The notes beneath the pieces are model-generated. The model made no database searches. It saw only the letters and a list, made by a program, of their open reading frames with translations, and was not told the DNA's origin. From the NCBI GenBank assembly GCA_964016885.1, contig OZ024740.1:426994001-427058000 (forward strand): a stretch of 64,000 bases of DNA, written 5' to 3'. Both the position numbers and the translations under genes were made by a program. Position 1 is the first letter of the stretch. Each line of letters starts with the position of its first letter. Shown piece by piece: positions 52,039 through 64,000 of the stretch. Source of the DNA: Eledone cirrhosa (Eukaryota).

Positions 52039-52268
52039 GAGTATAAATCTGAGAGACCGTTGTCGTTTCATACGACCATATTAATATAGAATAGCTCAGA
52101 GTATAAATCTGAGAGACCGTTGTCGTTTCATACCACCATATTAATATAGAATAGCTCAGAGTATAAATCTGAGAGACCGTTGTCGTTTCATACCACCATA
52201 TTAATATAGAATAGCTCAGAGTATAAATCTGAGAGACCGTTGTCGTTTATTACGACATATTAATATAA
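52039..52268. repeat. 60-bp minisatellite, ~3.8 copies
   Basis: GAGTATAAATCTGAGAGACCGTTGTCGTTTCATACCACCATATTAATATAGAATAGCTCA repeated. Confidence 0.92.
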
Positions 52269-52361
52269 AATAAATGAATTAGCTACAAATTGGAATCGAA
52301 GCTGACCACGTAATCGGCCTGCAAACGGCCTCTTTGCTCCATGGCACTTCCTACACTGATA

Positions 52362-52575
52362 CTGGTTTCTGATTTAGCAACAAGGCCAACAATTTTGGGA
52401 GAGGGAGAAGTCGTTGAAATCGACCCCAGTTCATTACTGGTACTTTATTTTAGCGACCTCCATAAGAATGAAATCCAAAGCTTACCACACCGGGATTTGA
52501 ACTCAGAACGGAAAGGTCTATAACTGTATGCCGTAAAGCTTGTTGCGCGACGTTCTACCGATACTGTCATTCCAC
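52362..52575 (-). mobile_element. Family A SINE (long variant)
   Basis: ATCGACCCCAG, CTGGTACTTTATTTT, GGGATTTGAACTCAG. Confidence 0.75.
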
Positions 52576-53554
52576 AGTAACCAGTAAACTAACTATTAAA
52601 CTGTCATTGCATTTTAACGACTTGGATCCGTCCCTTGTTGCTGATTTATTTTTATCCACCAGTCGGTCGCAGAAAGAATAGAAATTTAAATGTATATCTA
52701 AGTAATACTTGAATACTCCAAACAGTTAGCAAACATCGACCAGCATCAATTTTTACGCATAGCGTTTGGATTCTACAATTTTTAGCGTTATAAGTGAACA
52801 CAACAGAACAGGAAATTATATTCATTGAATTTCGTTTCCCTTTTATAACTCATTTACTTTACTAAATATAATTTCTCCACTGGTTGCTAGTCCAACCACC
52901 TTTGAAATATGTTTGTTAATATTTTGTATCATTGGTTAAAACTATAAATGTTGCTTGCAAACTTTTGATAATCGCAACATTTTTTCCTCTATAACAAGCG
53001 CCAATCTAATTATCCTTCTGATCTTTGCAAAATGTCAAATATATGTATTATATCTAACTTAGCTTCACAATATTTGATAATCTCTTTTCAAATTTATCAA
53101 ATAATATACTACCGTGAAAAATTAGAGTTTTTGAAGTTTTTGTTTTCGTATATTGATTTCATAGCAGTTGACTTATGAAACTATTGTATTAGTTCTAGAG
53201 TTCTCCGTAATTAAGTTTCACCATGCACACGTCAGAAACATAAACAAGAGTCATCATTTTTACGTAAAACATCGAAAAATTAGCCTCTAGCATGGTCATA
53301 TATACTGTTTAGATTGCTGCATAAAGACTTCAACATAGTTACGCACAAATGATGACTGTGTTTATTCGAGCTTGGTCCCTAATATTAAATGTTTTCTCGG
53401 TTATGTCATAACGAAATTGTTTAAAATGTAATTGAAACAAAACACATATTAACGATTTAATTATAATATATTGCTAATCTCTCTGAGAAAGATCTATAAT
53501 GCAAGATGCTATCAAATGGTTTCTGTTATAGACATACGAACACAAACACAGACA

Positions 53555-53664
<110 letters not shown>

Positions 53665-54993
53665 CATAGATAAATACAAAGCATACACATTAGATATATA
53701 TACATATAGAATATTGTATTGAAAGTGGCGTCTAGTATCGTGTTTAAAGTAAAGAGTCTTCTGACTCTTCCAGCGCATTTCCCCTATCATCCTCCGGGGA
53801 AACGCTTTCTCCATTCTGTCTACCGCGGCTGTGGGGCAGCCAGAATGTGGGACCCGATTTTCTCACAATACTGAGAGATGGGGATGGTGAGAGTAAGGGA
53901 GGCGATGACAATGGGAGTTCGGCTCTTCCGTGTCGCACACATTGCACCTGTCACATGCTTCTCTAAGAACTGTATATATATAGTTATGTGTTACGTAATT
54001 CCAAAGGAAAAGCAAAGGACAAAAGAGTGCTCTATGTATAGAACAGAGCTATTTAATTAGAAAGTGAACAACACAAAATATATTTTCATATCTTTTATCT
54101 ATAACATCTATGTCTGACGAACGATCCAGACGTATATATTGTTATCGTCTTTGATCCAGAAACCTTTGGTAATGGAGTAGTTATATTTTGTGTTGTTCAT
54201 TTTCTAATAAAAAATATATATATAGTTATAATATAACATCGAAATATGACTAACTAATTTTCTTGATTACATGTTTTTTATAAATGCTGCAAATTTGGGA
54301 AGCTATCCCAGAGGCCGCACATAAAGAAGCCTATCTAATTTTCGTGGGTCTGCGAATACTACCTAGTTGGTGACTGGCGCAAAGATGGCGGCCAAACACT
54401 GCAATATGGCCAGAAATATATCACAGATAGCGTATTTATTTTGTTTCATATGTCTATCTGTATAGAGACAAAGTTACATTGAAGCCATTTACCCTCAGAC
54501 ACACACATGCACACACACACACACATACACATACACACACACACATAGACACACACACATACACATTCACATACCCCCCCCACACACACACACAATGTGG
54601 TAGCTTTAGATAGTCTATGCTATCTCAAGTGGTTCGTGCCCTCCTAAGCGGTGTCTTGGCACACTGGTGTTTAGTAAGAGAGGCTCGGTAGCCGTTTTCG
54701 AAAATACTTTCTTGCTGGTGCATTCGTCTTTATTATTGTTGAATTTCTGACGTATACGGGAGAACTCGTTCCGTGGGTATGTCATTTTGGCTCCGCAGGG
54801 ACGGGCAGAACTGTGGTATACAAATATTTCCCCGCGGGTATGTTTTTTTTATAAACTCTGCTGTATATAGAACCCATCATCGTATGAAGTCGAGCTAGGA
54901 GAGGGATTAGGTGATATCTGGGTTCTCAATTTGAAAGTTTATTTGGCCGTTAACGTTCTTGAAATTATTATATATGTTGACGTTTATTATATA

Positions 54994-55175
54994 GGGTGGT
55001 GGGTTGGCAGTATCGGTAGGTCGGACACCATGGTTTGCAGCAAAGAGTTACGACCCTTTATGGTCTAAGTTCAAATCCTGGCGAGGTTAACTTTGACTTT
55101 CATCCTTACGGGGTCGATAAAATAAAGTACCAGTAATACACTGGAATAATTGCTGGTCTTGTGCCAAAAGTAGAA
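54994..55175 (+). mobile_element. Family A SINE
   Basis: Matches the family A consensus. Confidence 0.85.
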
Positions 55176-55691
55176 AAAATTATATATGTTGACGGCCCCA
55201 TCGCATGTTGAATCGATCATGGGGATATAGTCTAGGAACCTGGAGAAAAAATAACAGGAGCCGTAGATTGTAAGTGTTCCACGCTCCAACTGGTCAATGT
55301 ATGTAATGGCCCGCAGGCCTGAGAAATTTGTCCCTATCGGCCGTCTCAAGATCTGTTGTCCGACCCTGTAGTATAATCAAGGATTATGATGCTTAAGGAC
55401 AGAACATTACCAGACTCACAATGACGCCGAGCGTGTGCATAGTAGTATTAATTCCTACTTGTGTGTTCTGAATACAACATAACATTGAGGCCAAACTTTA
55501 CTGTCATATTCTCTAGATACTAAGACAGAGTATCAGTAAAATACTAGGACAGACCCCCCCCCCTGTTAGAATGTGCTGCGCTCTGAGAGGATGCAGGAGT
55601 CCCACCACAGTAATCTTTTCCTCCAAGACAACAATTTCTATTCTATCGAAATTGAAGAATGTTTTGGTGAGGTTATGGCTGAGTATGGCAT

Positions 55692-55795
55692 ATCATTATC
55701 ATCATCATCATCATCATTATCATCATCACCATCACCATCACCATCACCACCACCATCATCATTATCATCACCATCATCATCATCAGCAGCAGCAT
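55692..55795. repeat. (CAT/CAC)n microsatellite
   Basis: Seen directly. Confidence 0.93.
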
Positions 55796-57339
55796 CCATG
55801 TAATGAATCTATAACTGTAGACAACGACGTTTATGAATTCCACTTGGCAGCAATGTGATGTCTATGGAATTATATGTCAACAAAAACGTCTTCTATGGAA
55901 ACAGTTGATGTAATATTCCTTGAACATCTTAAAATATCCATGATAATACATAACTTCCGTTTGGTTTTATTATTTACGATCAATAAATTAATTAGTTGCG
56001 ATGAATCTATTATATTTGGTTGGATAAAATATATTTTAGAAACATATCATCACAGTTTCAGACCTCTTAAATAAAAACCAGATAAATTAGTTACGATGTG
56101 ACATTGTTGTCTATATACAGTTAACATAGTTTAGACTGATCTCTACCTGGTCTGATTTATATCAGATTAATCCGTTTGGTGATAAAGCTGGCAAGACAAC
56201 ATTCGTTTAAGCACTGTACACTACTAGATAGAGCTAAATCAGAGATTCTCTTATTTATATGAGTTTCTAAATGTTTAAATAGACTAGAGGAATGTTAGAA
56301 GCCGTATCAATATACATAAGCTTTATATTCTGATTTCTAGGAGCCAGCTATATATCTCTATTTATATCTATATTTACGTCTGGATAGGTGAATGCCCGTA
56401 TTCGCAAATGATTATAATTCTATACCGGACTCCATGAACATAATGATTAAAGACATTACTTTTATTGGTTGACAAAACATATCGATTCTCTGGTGAGTAT
56501 ATCAATTTCTCTAAGATTGTGTTTAACGGTATAATGTATCGTATTGAAATCCACATACTTAAGATTGCATTTGGAAATAGAAGGTTAGAATTAAAAACTT
56601 GTATACGTTTCTTCATAATACTATAAATCTAACTATAGCATTAGCTTGCATTACTATTATTTTACTGATAAAAGTTAAATACTTTCCTAGTGTTAACATT
56701 GAAATTATGTTGAATATGTCTAATGATAAACCTGTGTTCAGTCTTCACACTGATTAAGAGACTGAGCTGAATATTCTCATGTTATTGTAATATAAGATTT
56801 AATCATGGTTAAATGTTCAGTATAACATCTAGCTTTAATATGGACGGTATAACCTCATCTTTGATATTAGCAGCGTTATGCTATTTACATTAGCTTACTA
56901 GGCGTATCTTAAAGCTCTAAATAGAATCGTGGTCCTGAATCTGTGGTGAGTATGCATCAACCGCTCCCCACGGACGAAATGTTAAAGGCATTACAGCGGA
57001 GAATGGTCCGAGGCACCTGCTGCAATAACCAAACCACCCCACGGGGTTCCCTCCTCAAACGGGTCACCGTCTTTCTGATTTTACGAATGAAATCAGCAAT
57101 GGGAGAATAAGGACACCAGAGGTACCTTATTAATCAAACTAATGTAATAGAAGTGAGATTTAAAAATTTAGATTACTACTATATAGTAGATATCTTTGTC
57201 ATTCAGAACAAGGAATTCTCGAGAACTTAAAGCACAGAGAAGATATAGCAGCTGTTGTTTGTGTGGTAGATGTTTGTCATTGCCTCTATCAACGTATCAA
57301 TGAATACTGCCATCAATATTTGAAAATAGTCTCTGTTTC

Positions 57340-57680
57340 GGTGTTGTATTTATTTAGCCAGTTGAGTATGTGCTGCCACTCGTTCTCCGCCTTCATCTTT
57401 GTCATTTCGGACAAAAACCCGGGCTCCACTGTTACCAATGCAGAGGAGAGGAATATATTAAAAAAGCCGGGCCTAACAAACCGCTTCCTCTTTGTATCGG
57501 TCTCCGTCGAGACCTCTTGTACCCTTGGTCCATTCACTGATGATTTCCTCTATAAAATCGGAAAGACATCAGCCCACTTGAGGACGGTGTCCCACGATGA
57601 GGGGTGATTGTTACAGGGTGTGTCACTGATCATTCTTCGCGGAAATGCCTTTGCTATTTTATCCATGGGGCGAAGCTTAG
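57340..57680 (+). pseudogene. CRE-like non-LTR retrotransposon restriction-like endonuclease C-terminal fragment
   Basis: NAEERNILK..L..RFLFVSVSVETSCTLGP...FL.KIG, then frameshifted LLQGVSLIILRGNAFAIL. Confidence 0.7.
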
Positions 57681-57875
57681 GCACCGCTCAGACTGGGGAG
57701 TATTGTTTTCCCCTCACCATTCTTTTCGTTGCTTGTTTTTTTCTTTTTCTTCTTTTCATTTTCTCTTTTTGTTCACTTTATCAGTGTTTTTTACTTTTAG
57801 TATATACAAATCCTTGCGATGTATTAATATTATGGTTGTTATCATTATGCTTACTTTTATTATTTTTTGTCAGGT

Positions 57876-58083
57876 GAGGGCGGTGGATTGGCAGTATCGG
57901 TAGAGAGTCGGACACCATACTTTGCAGCATAGAGTTACGGTCTGAGTTCAAATTCCACCGAGGTTAACCTTGCCTTTAATCCTTACGGGGGCGATAAAAT
58001 AAAGCACCAGTAACGTATTGGGGTCGATTTAATCGACATTCCCCTCACCCAAATTACTGGCCTTGTGCCTATATTAGAAATCA
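57876..58083 (+). mobile_element. Family A SINE (long variant)
   Basis: Consensus plus GGGGTCGATTTAATCGAC insert. Confidence 0.85.
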
Positions 58084-58089
58084 TTATTT

Positions 58090-58530
58090 TATGTCAGGTC
58101 ACTCTTGAGTGCTACAGGTAGCGTATAATCCAGTACAACCTGTCGCATGGCCGGGTCGTTGACGACTAAATGGGCAACCCCACCAAGTTTACTTGATGAG
58201 GAGGGTGATTTTGGACACCCTGCAGGACAATAAACAAAACCTGACAAAGGGTGGAAGAACTTATAAGAGTCAACTGCCATCTAAAAAAAGAAAAAACTCC
58301 TGCCAAATCAATGGGTGGCAGTAGTTCCAGCTGCACACATCAAAAGACTGGTGTAGTGGTTCTGCGAACAATGCGGCTTTGCGGATGATCAATGCAAATT
58401 GACAATGGAAAGGCGCTCCCGCTCGAGTTAGAAGAGAACTATTGACCTTCAGGAGACGCAACAACCCCTGATTGTATTCAGCAACCGAAACAAATATGGA
58501 GTACACCAAATCCAATGCTCCTAGGGGCGG
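58090..58530 (+). mobile_element. Probable LINE (RTE-like) 5' UTR fragment
   Basis: GC-richer non-coding block whose motifs recall RTE 5' ends; recognition only. Confidence 0.3.
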
Positions 58531-59142
58531 CCCTGGTTCTTCTTATTTGCGAGTGTAAACTCGGCCAGATTATATAGATTAGATTAGATTATTATTTTAC
58601 TGCTTCCAGACTTCCAGTCAGTTGACAACGGCCAAGCTGTGGCACAATGTACGAAGTGTTTCCATCACTTTATCACCACCTACGACAAAATGCTTTGCCT
58701 GAAAGTCACCTTATCTTATCGAGAACGATAGGCACACATAACCTGGAAGTATGATGTGGTGATTATATAAAATATTATATTAATTAGATAACTATATCAA
58801 TAACAATTATTGCTACTATCATATATTGAATACTATTACTAGATTTGTTTATTAATATAATGATTACCGCTGCAATCAGATATTAATATTCATATATGTA
58901 TAATGCACACACAGATACTGACTTACTCTCACATACACACACATACACACTCACATACGCACATACATCTATGTGTGTGTGCGCACGTGTGTGTGTGTAT
59001 ATGTATGTTTGTACATCTCTATTTATGTATACACATACACACACATATATATATATTGGCTTGCTGAATACAAGCTGAACTCGCTTGGCGCCGCGGTTGT
59101 GTGTACACCGTTCTCTCTCTGACCCTCCCTCTCCGTCTATTC

Positions 59143-59163
59143 ATCTATCTATCTATCTATCTG

Positions 59164-59222
<59 letters not shown>

Positions 59223-59245
59223 GTCTATCTGTCTATCTATCTATA
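59143..59245. repeat. (ATCT)n microsatellite
   Basis: Seen directly. Confidence 0.95.
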
Positions 59246-59399
59246 TGAGTGTGTGTTTGTACATAAAACTGGAATCCAATCCTAAATATGAGAAACTATT
59301 TCGTGATAACTAAGATAAATTAAATTAAAATAAGATTTAACTAAAAAGATAACAACATCTAAATTGAACTGATATCTTAGTTATGAGTTATTAAATGAA

Positions 59400-59556
59400 G
59401 CACAGTCGAAAACGCATGGCATTGAGTTACGGCCGTTTACGTTCTTAGTTCAAATCCCACCGAGGTTATCTTTGCCTTTTATTCTTACGTGGTCGATAAA
59501 ATAAAGTACCAGTAATGTACTGGTTATTGCTGGCCTTGTGTCAAAAGTAGAAACAA
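59400..59556 (+). mobile_element. 5'-truncated family A SINE
   Basis: AGTTCAAATCCCACCGAGG...GTCGATAAAATAAAGTACCAG...AAAAGTAGAAAC. Confidence 0.8.
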
Positions 59557-60949
59557 TTATCGAGTACTGGATGTATGCTAACACCTACCTTGAATTATGG
59601 ATGAACCTAGGTTCTTGAAGAAAGCTAATCCATAATTCATACACTACAAAAGATTAACATGAATGTCTGTGAGAATGTCTGAAAGAACATGACAGTCTAT
59701 CATTATAGTTTCTTAGTTTTTTATAATTCTGTTACTTGGCAGACGTCTGGTAAAAATCAACACTGTAATTTCAACCGGAATGAGAGAAGTACATGCATAC
59801 ATACAAATATTTTACTGGTTTTAGTCATTGGACCTTAGCCATGCTGGAATGTCAGATTTCATTTATTCTCTCTTACATATGTGGAACCAAGTAGATTTAT
59901 TATGTACCGTAATTATAATCAAAAGCCGCGCAGTTTTATTAAGATCACCATTATAATTATCATGAGTGCCACCGAACTAAATTCACGACTTTGTTTGAAA
60001 TCACTTCAAATGTGACATTAACACATCTGTGAAAGGTATGTACTCGACAAAATTGAATCCGTATTTATTCTATATATGTTGGTTTCTGCCTAAATAACTA
60101 AAAAATATTTGAAACGAGCGTAGTGTCTCGATAAACCGTAGTGCTGTCCCGGTTTTATTATCTTTATGAAACCATGTATCATTTTAGTTCAGTTTTACTA
60201 GTATAGTGTTTGAGAAAAGTCATGTATCCAAAACAACCTCTAATACCTAAATTCCTGAGAGGACATTACTATGGCGATATTTATCTTGTTTTTACCACAC
60301 AGCACACACTCCCCCCTCTCTCTCTCTCTCTCTCTCTGTACTTCTTTCTCAACTTTTCGTAGGAGAAATATAGTTTCGATTCACGAACGATTCGGGCCGA
60401 CGAACGGACTTCAGAAACGAATTAGGTTTGTGAACCTAGGTTCCTCTGTTCAACAGACGTTAGGTTTCACTAAGAATATTAATATATTATCCAGCATGTC
60501 GGGAATTCTCTCTTCTAATTGCCCTCAAAATTAAAATCAATATCATCTATTGACTAATATTGATTTTTTCTCTCGCGGCATATTTATTTCGCTTTTAATT
60601 TTCACCGCTTTTTTATATCGAAGATAACCATTTTCAGGACCTCGTTATTGTTGGAAGCAAAGAGTGTCGTGGGGTACTTTCAACCCAGAGACATTGCTCG
60701 AATGCTTGCAACAGAATCGGCACCGCTAAAGGCTTCCAAAACGAGGCAGAGTTGTTAAATCTTAAAACAGATTACGTCTACCACTCAGTAGACAACGCAA
60801 ATAGCCAGATCAAATATTTCTAATCTAGAGACAAGGTCTGAAAATTTAGGGAGGAAAGGAAATGTTAGTTAAATCAACCCCCAACACTTAACTTTTACGA
60901 ATTTATTCGGATAATCATTTATACCAGGTGGTATGGTTTCATCAAAAAC

Positions 60950-61308
60950 AAATAAATCCCTCATTGAACCTACCAATGACGTATGTCTAAAATCATGTGT
61001 AAGTATCGACTTGGCTGGTTGGGAGACGTCAAATACTCCCAACTGAGGGAAATGCTAATCAGGTACGAAGATAGAAATTGGTGAAGAGGACGCCCTAAGA
61101 TAAACTAGCAGTAGACAACAGGGACTTGAAACCCGTCAACAAAAGTTGGAACGATGTATTGATAGATGGAACTGACCGTGGTCATTGGAGCACTTTGGCT
61201 GTCTCATGTATCAAGATGTGGGATGTATTGATAGATGGAACTGACCGTGGTCATTGGAACACTTTGTCTCGTGTGTCTCAAGACATGGGAACGTCTACTT
61301 CTAAGTAA
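60950..61308 (+). mobile_element. RTE-like LINE 3' end with a 69-bp internal duplication
   Basis: Similar to 26640-26870; GATGTATTGATAGATGGAACTGACCGTGGTCATTGGA occurs twice; TAAGTAA tail. Confidence 0.6.
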
Positions 61309-61309
61309 A

Positions 61310-61850
61310 AAAGTTGATATCGGTAGGATTTGAACTGATAACGTAAAGAACCAGAACAAACACACCAAAAGTATTTTTTCCGGCGGTCTACCAATTCTGT
61401 CAATCTACCACACTAACCGAAACAAATATTAGTTTGTGATTTAGGCACAAGAAAGACCAACCATTTTGGAGTGGGGGAAAGTTGATTAGATCGACCTCAG
61501 TGCATTACTGGTGCTTTATTTTATCGACCACATAAGGATGAATGGCAAAGCTAACTTCGGCAGAATGTGAACACATATCGTAAAGGGACGTACCTATATG
61601 CCAAAAAGCGTGTTATACCATATTCTACCGAAACTGCCACTCCACCTCCTTGCTAACCGAAACAAATATCACAAAGTATTCCATTAGCGACTCCATTGAT
61701 ATCTACAATGTATTGCTATATACTGGTAATCTCTCAAACACCGGAAGGAGAAAAAGCCAAGTTTACCTCGAAGGGATTTGAACTCAGAAAGTGAGAAGCC
61801 GGAATAAATACAATAAGGGATATCGTCTGACACTGCAACACTTCTTCGTA
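61310..61850 (-). mobile_element. Cluster of decayed family A SINE copies
   Basis: Repeated GGATTTGAACT, TTTATTTTATCGACC, CTACC..A.TGCCA.TCCACC. Confidence 0.65.
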
Positions 61851-61891
61851 TTCCATGTGTTAAATATGTTAGCATTAAGTTAGTTACAATA

Positions 61892-62019
61892 TAGGGTAAG
61901 TCTCCAACGTTCCAAGAAGCCGTTCGTAAGTCGATTTGTTCGTAAGTTGATGGTCTAACGCAGTACGTACCAGTTAGCCCATAAATGTTACTTTGATACT
62001 ACAGGTTTCCATATAAGTG

Positions 62020-62050
<31 letters not shown>

Positions 62051-62306
62051 GGCGGCCTCAGCCGAACTGAACTCAAGAATTGATCTCCACGTGGGTCTGT
62101 CGTTCATTGCCGTTGCCAAGTCCTGGATTTCAATACCAGAATCTCTGGAGGTGATATCGGGATAGGAGAGTTTGTGCCCCATGTTATTAGTGACTGCTTG
62201 TGGTTTCCAAAGCAATAATGGGGACACAGCCTCGTAGGTGGCACGATGGCAGTGGCCCACAATCTTACTCTCTTTTTACGAGTGATATATGAGTGACATA
62301 TATATA

Positions 62307-62395
<89 letters not shown>

Positions 62396-62696
62396 CACTT
62401 ACACACACAGTATATATAGAGATATATATATAATATGTAATAATGAATTTAAATACCTTAATGCTAATGACAATTATTTTTTAAATTTTATTCAATTCTG
62501 TGACAGCAGAAGGCTATCGGATACCGTAGCTACGTTTTCGGCTTGTTTTTATGCTACAAAAGAAGGAACCCGGAGCCTTAAAGAGCCCAGAAGAACGCGA
62601 ATTTCAAAATCAGACATTGTTTTGTCTTTATGCGACTGTTCGTATCTGCGAAAGTTCGTTCATAAGTCGTATATTCGTAAGGTGGGGACTTACTAT
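61892..62696. mobile_element. Tigger/pogo-like MITE interrupted by an RTE fragment and microsatellites
   Basis: Left GTAAGTCTCCAACGTTCCAA; right TTCGTAAGGTGGGGACTTAC; internal GTTCGTAAGT repeats; TA flanks. Confidence 0.55.
62020..62230 (-). mobile_element. RTE LINE 3' end with (TGA)n tail
   Basis: KLSYPDITSRDSGIEIQDLATAMNDRPTWRSI...* followed by (TGA)n. Confidence 0.75.
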
Positions 62697-63041
62697 ATAC
62701 AAGTTTTAGGTTTATACAACAAAAGATAAACTTCTGCGACAGTTTACTGGTTTCTCTTAGTTTTACGTCATATTGCCGCTATCTACACATTCCTCTTCTT
62801 GTTGTTGGTGTCATTGTCGTCAAACTGCAGATTCTTGTTATTGTTGTTGTCGTCACCATCAGCAATGTTGTTGTATTTATTTTATTTTATTTTTCTTGCT
62901 ATCATCGACATTTCTACCATTAAATTCTAGTGTATTTAGTTTCCGCTCTGAGTGACAATTTACTAGTTTTAAACCTGAATAATAAAAGCACCAACATCAT
63001 CACCATCAGCACTACCATCGCCACTATTATCACCACTGCTG

Positions 63042-63042
<1 letters not shown>

Positions 63043-63126
<84 letters not shown>
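63043..63126. repeat. (ACT)n(GCT)n microsatellite
   Basis: Seen directly. Confidence 0.95.
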
Positions 63127-63632
63127 GTCTGTATTCTACTTTTCAATCAGTTTCACTCATTTGTGTTGCTTTATTTTGCATGTTTGTTCCTGTGTTACCC
63201 ACATAAGAAGTAAGTTTGGTAAATTTGGGGAATGAATCTTAGTGACTGGCACTCATCAGCAGATAAAAGTCTGAGAAACGCTACAGTTTAATCATTTCAT
63301 TATTAACAGCTTTTACATGAAACTCGATCCTCGACTCGTTATAGTAATGTATATACATACACAATAAACAATTGATGAAGCTGTCGGCAAAAAACAAACA
63401 AGGATTACTTAATTGTAAAGATCTACAGAATTTCGAGAGGAAATTATGTTTGGAAGTAAAGACGAAAGAAAAATAACTAACAACGAGAATACAATGAAGA
63501 TAAAGACAAAACAACATAATGAGTTGAGAGAAAATATAAAGATCAGAATTTCAATGAAAAAGCACTGAGAGTTTTTATAGAATTATTACTAAATTAACAT
63601 CCGTTGTATAGGGAGTGTATATAGATTGTTTT

Positions 63633-64000
63633 GATAATGATGGTAATGATACCAATGGGGATAATGGTGATAATGATGATGATGATGATAATGAAAATGA
63701 TGATGATGGTGATAATGATGATGATGATATTGCTGATAATTGTGATAATGGTGATAATGGTGATGGTAATGATAATGATGATAATGCTGGTGATGATGAT
63801 GATAATGATGATGATGTTGATGGTGATAATGATGATGATGATATTGATGATAATTGTGATAATGGTGATAATGGTGTTCGAGGATAATAATAACGATGGT
63901 AAATGGTGATAATGATGGTAATGATGATGATAATAATAATGATGGTTTCTTTATTATAATAATAATAATGATGATAATGATGATGATAATGATGATGATA
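63633..64000. repeat. Degenerate (GAT/AAT/GGT)n trinucleotide tract
   Basis: Seen directly. Confidence 0.93.

Noticed and set aside
54380-54392. AAGATGGCGGC YY1-like promoter motif
   Set aside because: Single short motif with no supporting exon or CpG-rich context

Overview
AT-rich, gene-poor animal DNA, most likely an octopod cephalopod. This is inferred from OK/OR-like SINEs, RTE LINE relics and very dense (TA)n/(CA)n tracts. Most ORF-track entries are microsatellite artefacts. The window opens with a 41-bp satellite and is dominated by Penelope-like retroelements (PLEs): a 5'-truncated but uninterrupted Naiad-type RT+GIY-YIG ORF (45563-46894), a Neptune-type element inside a ~1.6-kb inverted repeat, and two further Naiad fragments. 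The main signal is about 15 type I hammerhead ribozyme (HHR) motifs, folded by eye. They sit in non-coding units inserted into (TA)n tracts, either as fold-backs or as terminally redundant 465-531-bp monomers resembling retrozymes. Unrelated families share a covarying RYTC...GARY stem placed just past the point where the inverted arm stops. Other notable items are a U3-A8 HHR variant, an HHR whose loop II mimics its own substrate strand, a tRNA-like cassette in a 266-bp tandem/inverted unit, a near-perfect 616-bp tandem array, a Helitron-like element and one possible host terminal exon. Coordinates were read by eye and are approximate; no searches or folding programs were run.
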